Of a DNA stretch of 64,000 bases, positions 48,414-59,987 are shown piece after piece (positions within the stretch are counted from its first letter, which is position 1; each line of letters opens with the position of its first letter). The notes under the pieces were generated by a model. That model saw only the letters and a program-made list of their open reading frames with translations, was not told the origin of the DNA and did not search any database. The DNA is from Lingula anatina (Eukaryota; Animalia; Brachiopoda), in NCBI GenBank assembly GCA_051362555.1, contig CM120640.1, forward strand, positions 68,426,788 through 68,490,787. The letters are read 5' to 3'. A program made the position numbers and the translations under genes.

Positions 48414-49478
48414 TTATGACATACCGATCCATTTCGGATAGAAATATTGGTTAAGTCTGTACAACGCGGACACTGAGCTTGTAGGATCTGGCCAGCCGTT
48501 ATAATATACCACTGTTCCCCCGGCCAAAAACGCCGTCCACCACCCAAGTGCCCCTACACTTATGATGCTATGATTACATCGTGAAAGAACCGCCATATGA
48601 ACCTCAACGGGTTTGTCGTCGATAACAGCTGCGTGTGGGTGCTGAACAATGAATCCTGCAGTTTTACTACTGTCAGAAACAACGATATACACTATGTTCC
48701 TATCACGATATTGCCCGTCGTAAAAACTCATTGCCTTCTTAAAGTAACTTTCATCTGCGTTGGCGTCCCCATGGGGAAGGGGGTTTACTGATTTTCTCTC
48801 TCCTCTACGGACGTGGATCCCAACAAACAAGACAGAGTCCTTAACACGGTCCCATCCAAAACTTCTGGCGGCTTTAACAAGTAAGTCGTCGGCCTGGTGC
48901 ACGATAGACTCCTTAAATTCAAACTCTGCTTTGATTCGCTCTTGACATTTATCAAAGTATAACCATGAGTGAAAAAACCCAACGAGCGTGATGTCTACCC
49001 TGGGCAGTGACAGTAATTTCTTATCGAAAGAGCAGCACCTTGGGGATTGCTTAACAGTTTTAAAACTGCTTATATTGACTTTTTTAAAAGCACCAGGATC
49101 GGGGGCGGAAAGATCAAACATCGAGCCCAGTAGCTCATTAAACCGGTAAGACACAATCAAGGTTCTGTCGAGTTCGGAGGCAATGCACATTGCAGCGGCA
49201 TATTCAAACATGAGATTTCCGTGACGGCCAAGCCCTGTGGCGTGGAGGTAACAGACTTCATCCGGGCCTTTTTCCACCTGTGGTGTTGGAGCTGGGGGTG
49301 CAACAAAGAGCTCAGCGGGCTCTTCCAGTGATTCGGTTCTGTTTTCTGACAAGTAGTAATACATACACACCCACCCCCCAAAAAAGGCGGCTGCACAGAA
49401 AACAACGAACAGTAAGAGCGTTCTCAAGCATCTTGAATTACTTCGCCGTGCACCGGGCAATCGCCAAGATGGCTGCAT
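48414..49478 (-). CDS. GT11 alpha-1,2-fucosyltransferase-like protein 3, 354 aa
   Basis: Single coding exon, TM segment. Motifs GRHGNLMFEYA, GFFHSWLYF, VGIHVRRGE, VVSDS, CNHSIISVGALGWW. Probable 5'UTR intron (acceptor about 49509, donor GTAAGT about 49657). Confidence 0.9.
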   Translation of the reverse strand: MQPSWRLPGARRSNSRCLRTLLLFVVFCAAAFFGGWVCMYYYLSENRTESLEEPAELFVAPPAPTPQVEKGPDEVCYLHATGLGRHGNLMFEYAAAMCIASELDRTLIVSYRFNELLGSMFDLSAPDPGAFKKVNISSFKTVKQSPRCCSFDKKLLSLPRVDITLVGFFHSWLYFDKCQERIKAEFEFKESIVHQADDLLVKAARSFGWDRVKDSVLFVGIHVRRGERKSVNPLPHGDANADESYFKKAMSFYDGQYRDRNIVYIVVSDSSKTAGFIVQHPHAAVIDDKPVEVHMAVLSRCNHSIISVGALGWWTAFLAGGTVVYYNGWPDPTSSVSALYRLNQYFYPKWIGMS

Positions 49479-51575
49479 GCTAGCGGATGTACTCGTTTGG
49501 AAAATTCCCTGGAGTGAAAAAAATGTAATCTAATAGATTTTCCCCGTAACGTTACAATAATCTTTAAATAAGACACACTTGCATTGCTACCCATCAGATA
49601 ACTGTTAACAATATCAAATCGACACTAAATTTCCAGAGACAGACGATCGTTACTTACCGTTTAACCTCGACCAGTTTGAGAACTGTTATCTTAGCCTTTG
49701 CCTTTCGTTGTCTGACAATGCTAGTACAGAACCACAGTCATTTATTATTTGTGGAATATGGGTGACACAGTTTCTCAAAAGGGTATGTCTTGGTTGCACT
49801 CTTGGTTATGCTCTAGTGACGTAGCTTACGTTCTTAATATTTTATTAACATCTTCTGAATGCTTATATGAACTCTGTTGCATATCGGTTGGTCTTCAAAG
49901 CAGAGAAGACTTTAATCTCACATCTGTATTAAAACAAAAATTTATTTGCTTGATACCATGAGATAATACACTGAAGAAAGAAAAATAGCATGGAATATAT
50001 ATATCACATAGTCGTGAATACACATAAATGCTCAATTTTGACCTCTGTATACCCTTCTAATACGGATTAATATTTCTAAAAAAATGCAGTGATGTTTTAT
50101 AGATGAAAACATACTGTAGCACCAATAAACATGTACAAATAATTTGACTAGCAAAGATGTGGCACCATATATTAGTTTATGAACAAAATACTAAATTGAT
50201 TTAAAATAACATAAAATTAATGTTTTAACCAACTGCGTTCATACATATACAATGTATCAAATAAGAAAAGGGCGAGAATACTTTAAAGATACCAATTCCT
50301 GAACCCATATCTAGTCATGTGGAAGCTGCCCAATTGAACAAAAAATGGATGTGAGAAAATGCGCTTGACTTTGCCGAACCCTTGCAAAGAGTGTTTACTG
50401 AATGGTGATTACAACACACGTTACAATTAAACTCGCCTATCGCACAACAGTCTTGTTATATTCGCATGGCACAAGTATTTTGACAAAGAAACGTGCTCCA
50501 TCTTAATAAAAGTAAAAATCAATAAATTGGAAACTGGGAGACTTGCTATTGTAATAACCACCTTTGTGAATTTACCAAAGCGGAACTGCTTTATTAAACA
50601 TCGTGTTGAACAAGACGTAACGTGATCTATGACCTATGATCGGCGGCATATCTAGGGTGTTGCAGCTTGAGCAAGATGCCCTGAGCGACATCAAAAGAGG
50701 GCGCCGCTGTGAGCGGTTTATTTGCTCTATGCAATCCCAGTATTCATGTGGGGACATCTGTTACTTAAAATATTTTTAAAATTGAATTGTATTTTTGAGC
50801 CCATCATGTGGTAAAGTTACTTTTATGGATGTTTAGATAGGGGTGAAATTTTATTATTTGTTATAGGCATATTTTTCCTAAAAACGCCCCTGTTAATGTC
50901 AAAGCAAAGAGCAGCCAAGCTATTAGTGTTTACACCATCGGTTACGGTAATATACCTGCCTATCCCAATGCATAAACATTAGTAATAAAGTATATAATGC
51001 GATGACAAATGCAAATGGTAAATTGCAAAGATGACTGTGTTCACAATAAATATGCTGTTGGCCCTTACATAATGACGATTGGAAAAAATGTGAACGTGTT
51101 GTAGAGCTTTGGTACGCAGCATGATGTCAGAGCCATGTGTATATGAAGAAGTCACTGTTGCATAAAGAGTTCAAATGATAAACATTATAAATATTGCGCT
51201 AAATCCTGGCTACATGAACACTCTTTATGCATTATTTAAACAATTTATATAAACTCAGACAGTGCCATGCTCTTCCTGGTCTAGAAAACGTGGTTACCGT
51301 CTTATTTTATTGAGGCTAAGGGGGGCACACAAACAATTTTTGTACATAAAAATCTGAGAATTTTTGAGGTGATCACTATTATGTAAATCAAGGGTAGCAT
51401 TTTCCAAGAAAACTGGGTTTCCACTGTAAGTTGTATTTCATGAATAATCCATAGACTTTTTGAGAGGTTAGGTTTCTATCACTGGGAAGACTGTCCAGTT
51501 TTGAATTACTGAGGATGTCGGAGCCACTCAACTTTGAAGAGCAACTTCCTGGTGAAGGTCAAGCTTCTGCATGAG

Positions 51576-54500
51576 TCATGAAAATCCTTTTGGCACTTTC
51601 CCTATATCCGCCATCACGTGAGTGAAAAGAGGACGCTGCTGTATTGAAACCAAGTTATAGGTGAGACTGTTCAGCCCGTCCATATGAAAACGTCTCGTCC
51701 CCGTTCTAAGCAGACGTGTTCTGAAATTATACAACGCATTTTATACGTTATATCCGACTATCTAATGCCTAAATAGCTTCCATCACGTCTACCAGTTTCT
51801 GCTTTTTTTCACAGACAATTTATATGTTCATCCATGTTCTAAAAAAGACAATGACCTAAAAAGGTTAAATAAGTCTAAAAACAACGTGCCTCATATCCAC
51901 TGAGTAAACTCGGCTTTATGCCCCGTCACCATCCATATCTAATGATCATTACACAGTAGCTTCCCTCCGTTACAACATAGTACACGAAATTCGCATACTG
52001 GGGATTGTGTTTCATGCAAGTCACTTTGCCAAATGGCAAAATGTTTCTCCATCCCCAATTAGCAAATTAATCTTACCAATATAAACTGCCATTTCACAAC
52101 GTAAAAAATGTCTTTCTAAAAATGGTACACAGCCTCATCTCAACTTAACAATATTTATGATATGTTTAACATTTAACATAAATACCAATTATTTGGTGTG
52201 CCGCTGATTCGTTTAAACAAATATATAAATCACGTCAACTTCACATGCCATCGTCTGCAAAGTGGAATTGACTTAATTAGTAGATACCTCTTTCTCCAGT
52301 CAACTGGTTTTCTTTTGACGTGCCGGATCATCTTGTAGCGTGCTATGGCGGTAGGAGGGCGGGTTATTTTTAAACCAACATGCATAATTCTGCAAATAGA
52401 AGTCAACAGTATGAACACATAGCTCCCCTGAAAACCACAGGAAAAGAACGTAGACAAACAGTATTAAACATTTTAGTATGCCAGTCTGTATTGTTTTTTG
52501 GTAACACATGTTGTCAATCTGCTGGACAAAAAATGAAATAGTACGTTATCACAAACTAGCTTCTTATTGACGTTGCGGAAACCGAACCCTTTTCAGAGCG
52601 GAAATTGTTCTACTTGAAAAAATATTCTGCGACTAGCAAAAGCAAAAAAAAAAAAAAAAAAAAAAATAGGTTGTCAAGTGTCTCAAAAAAAAAAAAAAAA
52701 AAAAAAAAAAACAAGATATACTTCATAGTCACACGTTTCAACTATCACCCTGTGAGGTAAACTATCTGCTTTATTGATTATTACTGCAAATTTACTCAAA
52801 TCTGTTAGAAAATCAAATAGGAAACTGTTCCATTGTCAGGCAACATGTTTATCTAAGATGAAAGTTGACACTGCCGGCAACAACAGAAGCGCTATACCAA
52901 AACATGTAACTCGGTTCTATTGTAAACACTACACGTTTCTTGTTGACGTCAAGGTAAATGTGGGCTCTCATCAGATAAACAAGCCTGTCTCAATATTGTT
53001 TGGAACGCAGTTGAGTTATGTTTTCACAAAATTCATTGAACAAAATACCAGAAGGCTTACAAAAATTGCGATTATTCTTAGCCTAAGGTAAAAGATCTGA
53101 AATTCGAAACTGCTCTTATCGTACAGACTTGACATTTAATATGGAATATTTCAGTTTAAAAGATATGCCTAGGGATAAAACGTATGTTTTTTTAAATCTT
53201 TTATCTCACATCAGATACGTACATAGAACAACGTGTAGTCAGGTGTGTCAGTAATTAATATTGACTAACTAGTCTTTTTAAAACCCTCTTGCATTACGTA
53301 ATATCTAACTTTCATTGGGTGGTACTCTTTGGGCTGGTCCTAGTGTGACTATGAGAGAGCATAGCTCTGTAAAAAAGAAAACAGACAATTCCAGTCAGAT
53401 TATTGCGCTCACAAAGAACGTTCGGTACTGTTATACAGAGACACATGTAACCCCGGACTAGTGGACCTACGCAGAGGCCACGTCTACCACCAGAAAACGG
53501 GACTAATTGCTGCTACAATCAACAAACACAACCAGTTACCTTCAAAAGAGGGGCAAATTGTCACCCAAAAGCGTATTTTAAGTACCTTTGTAATCCCCTG
53601 ACTGACTTCAGCTCTTCATTTTACCAGAAACTTCTTAGGAGGCCACTTAGGAGGCTATGAACAACATGATATCGTGGTCTATTTCTACAATCAGTTGGGA
53701 ACGGAATCAACGGTTTCGAACACAACATCATGTGGCTGTATCCGTTCAGATTGAGGTCAGATTTCATCTGTGGAATTTATATTGGTGTCAAAACACCAAT
53801 GGAAGTCATCCGTGGATACTGAAACCATGTCAAATAGAGGAATATTCTGGAAACCGTATACCTGCCATTTGTTCGAGGGCTCCTCACAAACAATTTTATT
53901 TTACCAGATGAAAATGCTCGTCCAAACAGAGCACTTGTATTCGCAGATTATTTGCAGAAGCAGTGGATTAAGCAGCTACAGGAACTATCAAGATCGCCAG
54001 ATTTGACCCTATAAACAAACTGTGGATAGTCATTACTTGCCTACTGGTTCTACAACAAGCCTGAACCAAATTGGACAAGCTTTGACCTATGCCTGGAATA
54101 TTTTTCCAGATCAAACTCTAAGAAACCTGTCAGAAGTAATGTCTCGCCGCTAGAGAGCCCTGGTAGCAACCAGATGAGGCCAGACGCACAACTGACCTTT
54201 GCTGTGCCTAGACACCGACATCAGAGTCCTTTGTGGGGCCTACGATTCTTTCACAAAGGGTAATTTAGAATATATGATCTTTTAATGGTTGCTGTATGGC
54301 ATAAAATCTGCCATACAAATGAAGAGATAATATTAAGTCTTTTAAACACAATTCGAAGCCTTGTTATCAATTATCAGTCAGAAAAATAGGAAAAATAAAA
54401 GAAAAATGATTTCAAAAAATCCACATTAAACGTCAAGTCTGTATATTGTCTTCTGGGTGGAAAGTCATTATTAAAACCAGAATGGAGCTGATATATTACA

Positions 54501-57500
54501 ATCCCGTATTAACAAGAGAGGCGTTAGGTTTTGCGGCATTTTCAGGTTTGAAGCGGACTATTTTAAAGACAAAATAATATATATATGAGCAGTTCTGTGC
54601 AGCCAATATTTCAAACTGACCGGTAAGCCATGTCGTCGTCCTCTGCCCCCCATCCCCAGTACAGGTTAGAGTAGCCGTTCACCCGCTGGAAGTGTTCAAC
54701 ACGCATATTCAGCACTCCGCCTACCAGCTCCTCGTACGCCAGTCTGGAACAGAAGGAAAATATCTCATTATTGGTACGTGTCCCAGAGAGCCTGTTTCAA
54801 AGCAAATTAAAGATATCGTTAAAAGGAACGTTAGGACAAAGATGTGCCGGTGTAGTCAGCTAGGAACTGAAGTCCATTTCCCATTACTTTGTACAGGTGA
54901 CATTCGTCCCATGTATTAACCCCAATACTCCGACTATCCTCGACTTATAATAATCATATAGGACTCCGGACTTCCATTCCTAGCACTACCAATCCTGTCA
55001 AACAGGGTATTGACAATCAAGCGTGTTCTTGATGTCTGGGTTGTATGTACACTGATTAAAATAAACTGGCACTTATCCATTCTGCAAGATAAATATGTCG
55101 TGTACAGTGGAAAATGTTTACAATTATCTACATGGATTGCATTTGACAAATGATTAGCATGGCTTTCACTAAGCCACGCATCTATATTTCATTCTCATCT
55201 GCAGACATACTGTAGCATCAGACTGAATGAGTTAATTTACGGATTAATTTTTCATAATCACAGTTCGCTTTTCCATAGCTGCCAAATACAAGTGAAAACA
55301 TTCGTAAGTCAATATTTCGATTGATTTTGTTTCTCAGCCTTGTATTAACTTTGCTGTATATCCTGGTTCAACTGTCATCTTCCACTTACTTGTATCCCAT
55401 TTCATCTATAGCCACAGACATGTGTCGGGGCATCACAGGGCAGGAGTACATATTCCGGTCGTCCTCGGGGACCAAATCCACGTCATGGAACACAAAACAC
55501 TGGAAATTGTACATCTTCAGGCCCTCCACAAACGCGAGGTTCATGAGCCGGGCTTTGTTAAATGTGTCGTTTCCTGTCTGTTAAAAACAATGGGAAAAGC
55601 AATACATCAGGGCGTCCACTTAAGAAAAGGAATCTTTAAACAGCCAAGTAATTTCCTGCGATAAAAATAGAGCTATAAAGAAAATTGACGTTTTAGACAG
55701 CGGTGCTAACATTCAGTGAAGGGTGTGTGACTTCATTAAAATCTTTTTTTCCCTCATACAATTGAATTTGATGCACAACAAAACCCAGAATATCAAGGTT
55801 GCAGTACAAAGTTTGTTTGAGTCTATTAAAGTTACTTAAAACTTGAAAAATTGGCTCAAAGTTTAAAAAGCGTAACCAATTCTCATTAAGACCCATGACA
55901 TGCCTACAAAGTGGGCTCCCCTACAGCTTAATCAATATAAACATTTTTAATGTTAACATCTACCTGAAATCTTACTCAACAAAACATTTTATTTCTAACG
56001 TGCCTGTTCAACGACTATAACTCTGTAATCAAGCTGCTGTCTCTGGAGGACTGGATGGAGGTGGGACAAAAGGACGATCAGATGTTCCAGTCGATCTCTG
56101 TACGGAATGATAACCGCCACACGGTGGCGCGCCACACAGTCACGTGGTCGCCACGCCCCTCCCGGTAGCACCTCTGGGTTCTGCCTCACAATTTCATTCA
56201 TACTGAGATTGGCATTGTGCGTTACATCCACCCTTGTAGCACCAACTGAAAAAGAAAAAGATACAATTTATTATTGGTGTGGCAACACATTTAGATTAAC
56301 CTCAGAGAATGCGTTATCATATTTTAGAAGCTTAAAGGCTGAAATGAAGTAATGTTAACGAACACAGAATAAGCCCTACATTTCAAACAGAAAATAAAAA
56401 TAGGCATTTTATGTCAAAACACAAATCCTCACTTAGTTCATATGAGGTTTATCTTGGTAATGTGAAGGACAGATTGAAAACAATGATATTCTAATATAAA
56501 GAAAAATAATAGGCACTAGCACGAAGGCAAATCCTTTTGGATTATTTCAAATTATGGTACATTTGATTCAGTGGCCAAACGATGTGCGCTAATGCAGTAA
56601 TTTCATTATTGAACTTAAGAGCTTCTGAAGAAAAACTGTTTTCCATTATGCTAATGCTTCTAATAGACCAGAGTCGTGTCTGGGCCTAGGATATCGTCCT
56701 GGGAACAAATGATACCGTAAATGCCAATTCACAGTAAATTGTTGAGATATGGAATTGACACACGATCAATAACTCGGAAATATTTGGGTTTTCTCCTCCA
56801 TTTATTATCTTCTATAGGAGAGTTTACAATTCGGAGTTAACATTCAAAAACTCTCATTTTGTAACTTGCACTTCACTTATAAAAATTTTTAAAAAATTAT
56901 TTGAGTCTTGGTTCAATTAACGAAAGTTTTGTCTAAATATCGGCGACATGCACTATCTTAACATATATTAAGATGAGATATTGATGAAATGTGGCGTCAC
57001 ATAAATCTGTTTAATACAAATATACCGCCAGGGGATGGAATAGCGATTGAATGAAAAAGTACAAGTTGGTATTGATTAAGAAGAAACTTGCGTCCCGAGC
57101 GTCTGAAGCAAAACTAATTAAATTGTTTGGATCGCACCCCAAATAGCAAGGAACATATAATCAGACACTTTTTACTTGATTAAACAAGTAATTTGCACAT
57201 AATGTCCTTTTCAGGCAAAGTCTGTCTCTTTTCTTCAAGCAAATTCAATATATTGAAAAAATTCCTGTATCTGTGATCACAATCATTTTACACTGTTCCA
57301 ATATCTCACTATAAGAACTAGCATATGGCATTCGTGAATATTACTTCGTGTATATTACGAAAAAAAGACAACAGAATTTCAGTTTCAATTACTAGTGCTT
57401 TTAGATCATCAAAAACTCTAAACCTGCAGTATTTCGACTACACTACATTAAATCTATTGTAAGACACGATATAATATGCCCGTATCAGACAACCTGTTCA

Positions 57501-58901
57501 CAGTAAATGGTGATATTACAGGTTTCCAGGACACAGGTAATCCTACTGACACTATTACACCATCCACATTACGATTAGCGGTAAGTTCAGTAAACGCGCG
57601 TTTTGAGGCAAATCCATTTCTGTGAGATTGAAGTATGGATTACTTGCGGGTTTGCCGAAAAGGAATTTATTGTCTAGTCATGCGATTGTGATTTGCTGAC
57701 GTAAAACTCTTAGAAAAAAAAATATGGCATAAAATACTATTGAATAGGTGATTTTTGTGCGAAAAAAATATTGATCAACACCATGTAAAAAACCATGATC
57801 ACCAAACATTTTTGTTCTTACCTAAGCAATATAAATAAATAAATGAATATGTAAATTAATGAAAATCTATCAATTCATAATTTGTTGATCGGATGGATTT
57901 CATTTCCACGCTAACTTATCAACAATAACAAGAATTGAAATGAAGCAATAAATTAATTATATTAATGAAAACCTGAAATTCAACCCCCGGTTAACTAGCC
58001 GCGTGCATTTTTCTTAATCCTCTCTCTAACATACCCACGTTAATGTGGCTATAAAACATGGATTCCATGTCATTCTTCATAATTCAGTTCCTGATAATAT
58101 CAACCAACGCTTGTTATCCGCCCGTGAAAATTTCCACTGAGAACCGGAAGGAAAGTAATATTGTTAGGAATTCAATACCCCCTGCGGAACCTACCCTACT
58201 CCCGCAGCACGAGCAAATTTTCAAACATCGATCTCTGAAAATGAAAAGATAAGAAGCATCGAGGACCTCGAGGGACTTTTTAACGGGAGTAGTTGGGGAG
58301 TTATTCCGACGGCAAGAACTCTCAAATTGAAAAAAAAAGAAGTACAGATGTAACAGACTACGCAAAAAGAAAAAAATCTTGCTATAATGCATCAAATACA
58401 ACAAAGAGCCCAAAGCAAATGAAATCAACCTTGAATATCCTGTATGTAAGAAACGCAACACGTCATCATAACGTGGTGTAAGAACAACCCTTTACTGCTT
58501 TACTGTAAGTAAAGTGCGGAATATGCCTTATTACAACATGCTTCCGAACTACAGTCCTACTCTACCCCCATCCCCTCCTGTTGAAAAAGATCCTCGACCT
58601 TCTAAATGTTTCTTATCGGACATCGCTAATCCTTCATAAGTCTTTTCTCACGCATGCTTTATGTGCGTGGTGAGAGGGATGTGGGTTTGGGGTTGGCATG
58701 TTGATATCATCATGTTTAATGAGTAGACGCAAAGTCAGTCGTGCTTTTGTTTTCTCTCATAACGAGGAATAGACAAAGGACCCGCACCCGCAGTTCTTAG
58801 AAAATTAAGAATGAGGTTACATGTACAAGTAGCTGATGTGTTTTTGTGCAATAAAATATGCAAATAAAAATATAAAATGCTTGAAATTTATCACTTGGGT
58901 G

Positions 58902-59000
<99 letters not shown>

Positions 59001-59158
59001 TGTGTGTGTGCGTGCGTGCGTGCGTGTCGTAACGGCCTCATTGTGATTTCACATTTACCGGTTAACATAGATGTCATACCACTACATTCGTTGCATGCGT
59101 TGTTTAGGGGCGCTAAGAAAAAATGTACTCCCACAAGTGTATGTGTGTGTGTGTGTTT

Positions 59159-59210
<52 letters not shown>

Positions 59211-59987
59211 AATGTGTTACTAACTCAAAGATACAGAGATGTGTCACTAACATAAGCAAAGCATAGCTAGGAGTCACTTACCCAAGTTAGGGGGAACTGA
59301 CGGGCAATACTCCAATGAATGCTTATACTTCACATCGTGTCGAACTTGTGGCCACGTCACAGAATGGTTCAAATTTAGGTCTGGTTGTAATGAATTGTTT
59401 TCATCACTGTTATTTAAAAAATTGGTTCTGAAACCAGCAGCATTGGCAGTTCTATTAAAATGACTTCCCCTAAATAGTAGCTGAAATAAGGAGAATTTAT
59501 CGTTTTCTTTGGTGGTGTTAATATTCTTGATATCGTTAAGTAAATCAATATTGCCAGATGGGCCTAAATCTTGGATGTTGGCCGATTTATTTGCTATTGT
59601 CATGGCGTCGGCGATAACAGTGTCGTTTGGCATAACATTGGAGATACCGCGGTTTAAGCCAGAAGAAGCCTCCTCTATCATGGCGGCTATTTTGTGAGCG
59701 TTAACCTCATTCTGCAAAATTTTTCGGTTTACGTCAATGGAAGGAATACTTTTATCTAATAGGAGGGCTCGCATACTGCGGTCCATCTCCCTGAGTTCAG
59801 CTTGTATAGATCTCCAGTCCCTCATCTTTCTCTGTTGATCGATGTACTTAGTGTTGTGAACTAGCATTACTTGTGATAAAGCCAAGATGAAAAATACCAG
59901 CAGCAAAATAATCAGTAATAATGGCGGGCAAGGCCATTCGCAGTCGTTTTGTGAACGCACAGCCCGCTTCTTCTTCCTCGGCGGCAT
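51576..59987 (-). CDS. bre-4: GT7 beta-1,4-N-acetylgalactosaminyltransferase (bre-4/B4GALT-like, predicted LacdiNAc synthase), 501 aa
   Basis: 6 exons join in frame (1506 nt): 59987-59282, 56245-56004, 55577-55390, 54743-54621, 52389-52288, 51720-51576. TM plus long stem, CPSVPPNL, GGAWRP, VAVIIPYRDR, FNKARLMN, FHDVDL, LAYEELVGG (Leu at the bovine B4GALT1 Y289-equivalent position), WGWGAEDDD, YKMIRH, DGLNSL. Confidence 0.92.
53560..54200 (+). mobile_element. Highly degenerate Tc1-like transposase remnant, antisense within a GT7 intron
   Basis: Fragments resembling Tc1 motifs: GQISSVEF (GGS-VMVW region), PDENARPNRA (QDNARPH), SPDL-(frameshift)-PI, then a helix ending SEVMSRR. Boundaries approximate. 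Confidence 0.6.
55578..56003 (-). other. GC-AG intron in the GT7 gene
   Basis: Exon ends ...GTT GAA CAG|GCACGT. The next exon starts in phase 0 (TGNDTFNKA). The nearby GT would be phase 1 and break the frame. Confidence 0.75.
58904..59210. repeat. Compound microsatellite block (TA)n(GT)n(GCGT)n and (GT)n(GA)n
   Basis: Directly visible in GT7 intron 1. Confidence 0.95.

Noticed and set aside
52279-52287. GT7 intron 5 donor GTATCT as a second U12 intron
   Set aside because: It continues ACT rather than TTT/CTT, no TCCTTAAC branch site is visible near the acceptor, and the acceptor TTTCAG is ordinary U2-type.
59955-59987. NLS-like MPPRKKKR at the GT7 N-terminus
   Set aside because: A basic cytosolic tail before a TM segment is normal for Golgi type II enzymes.
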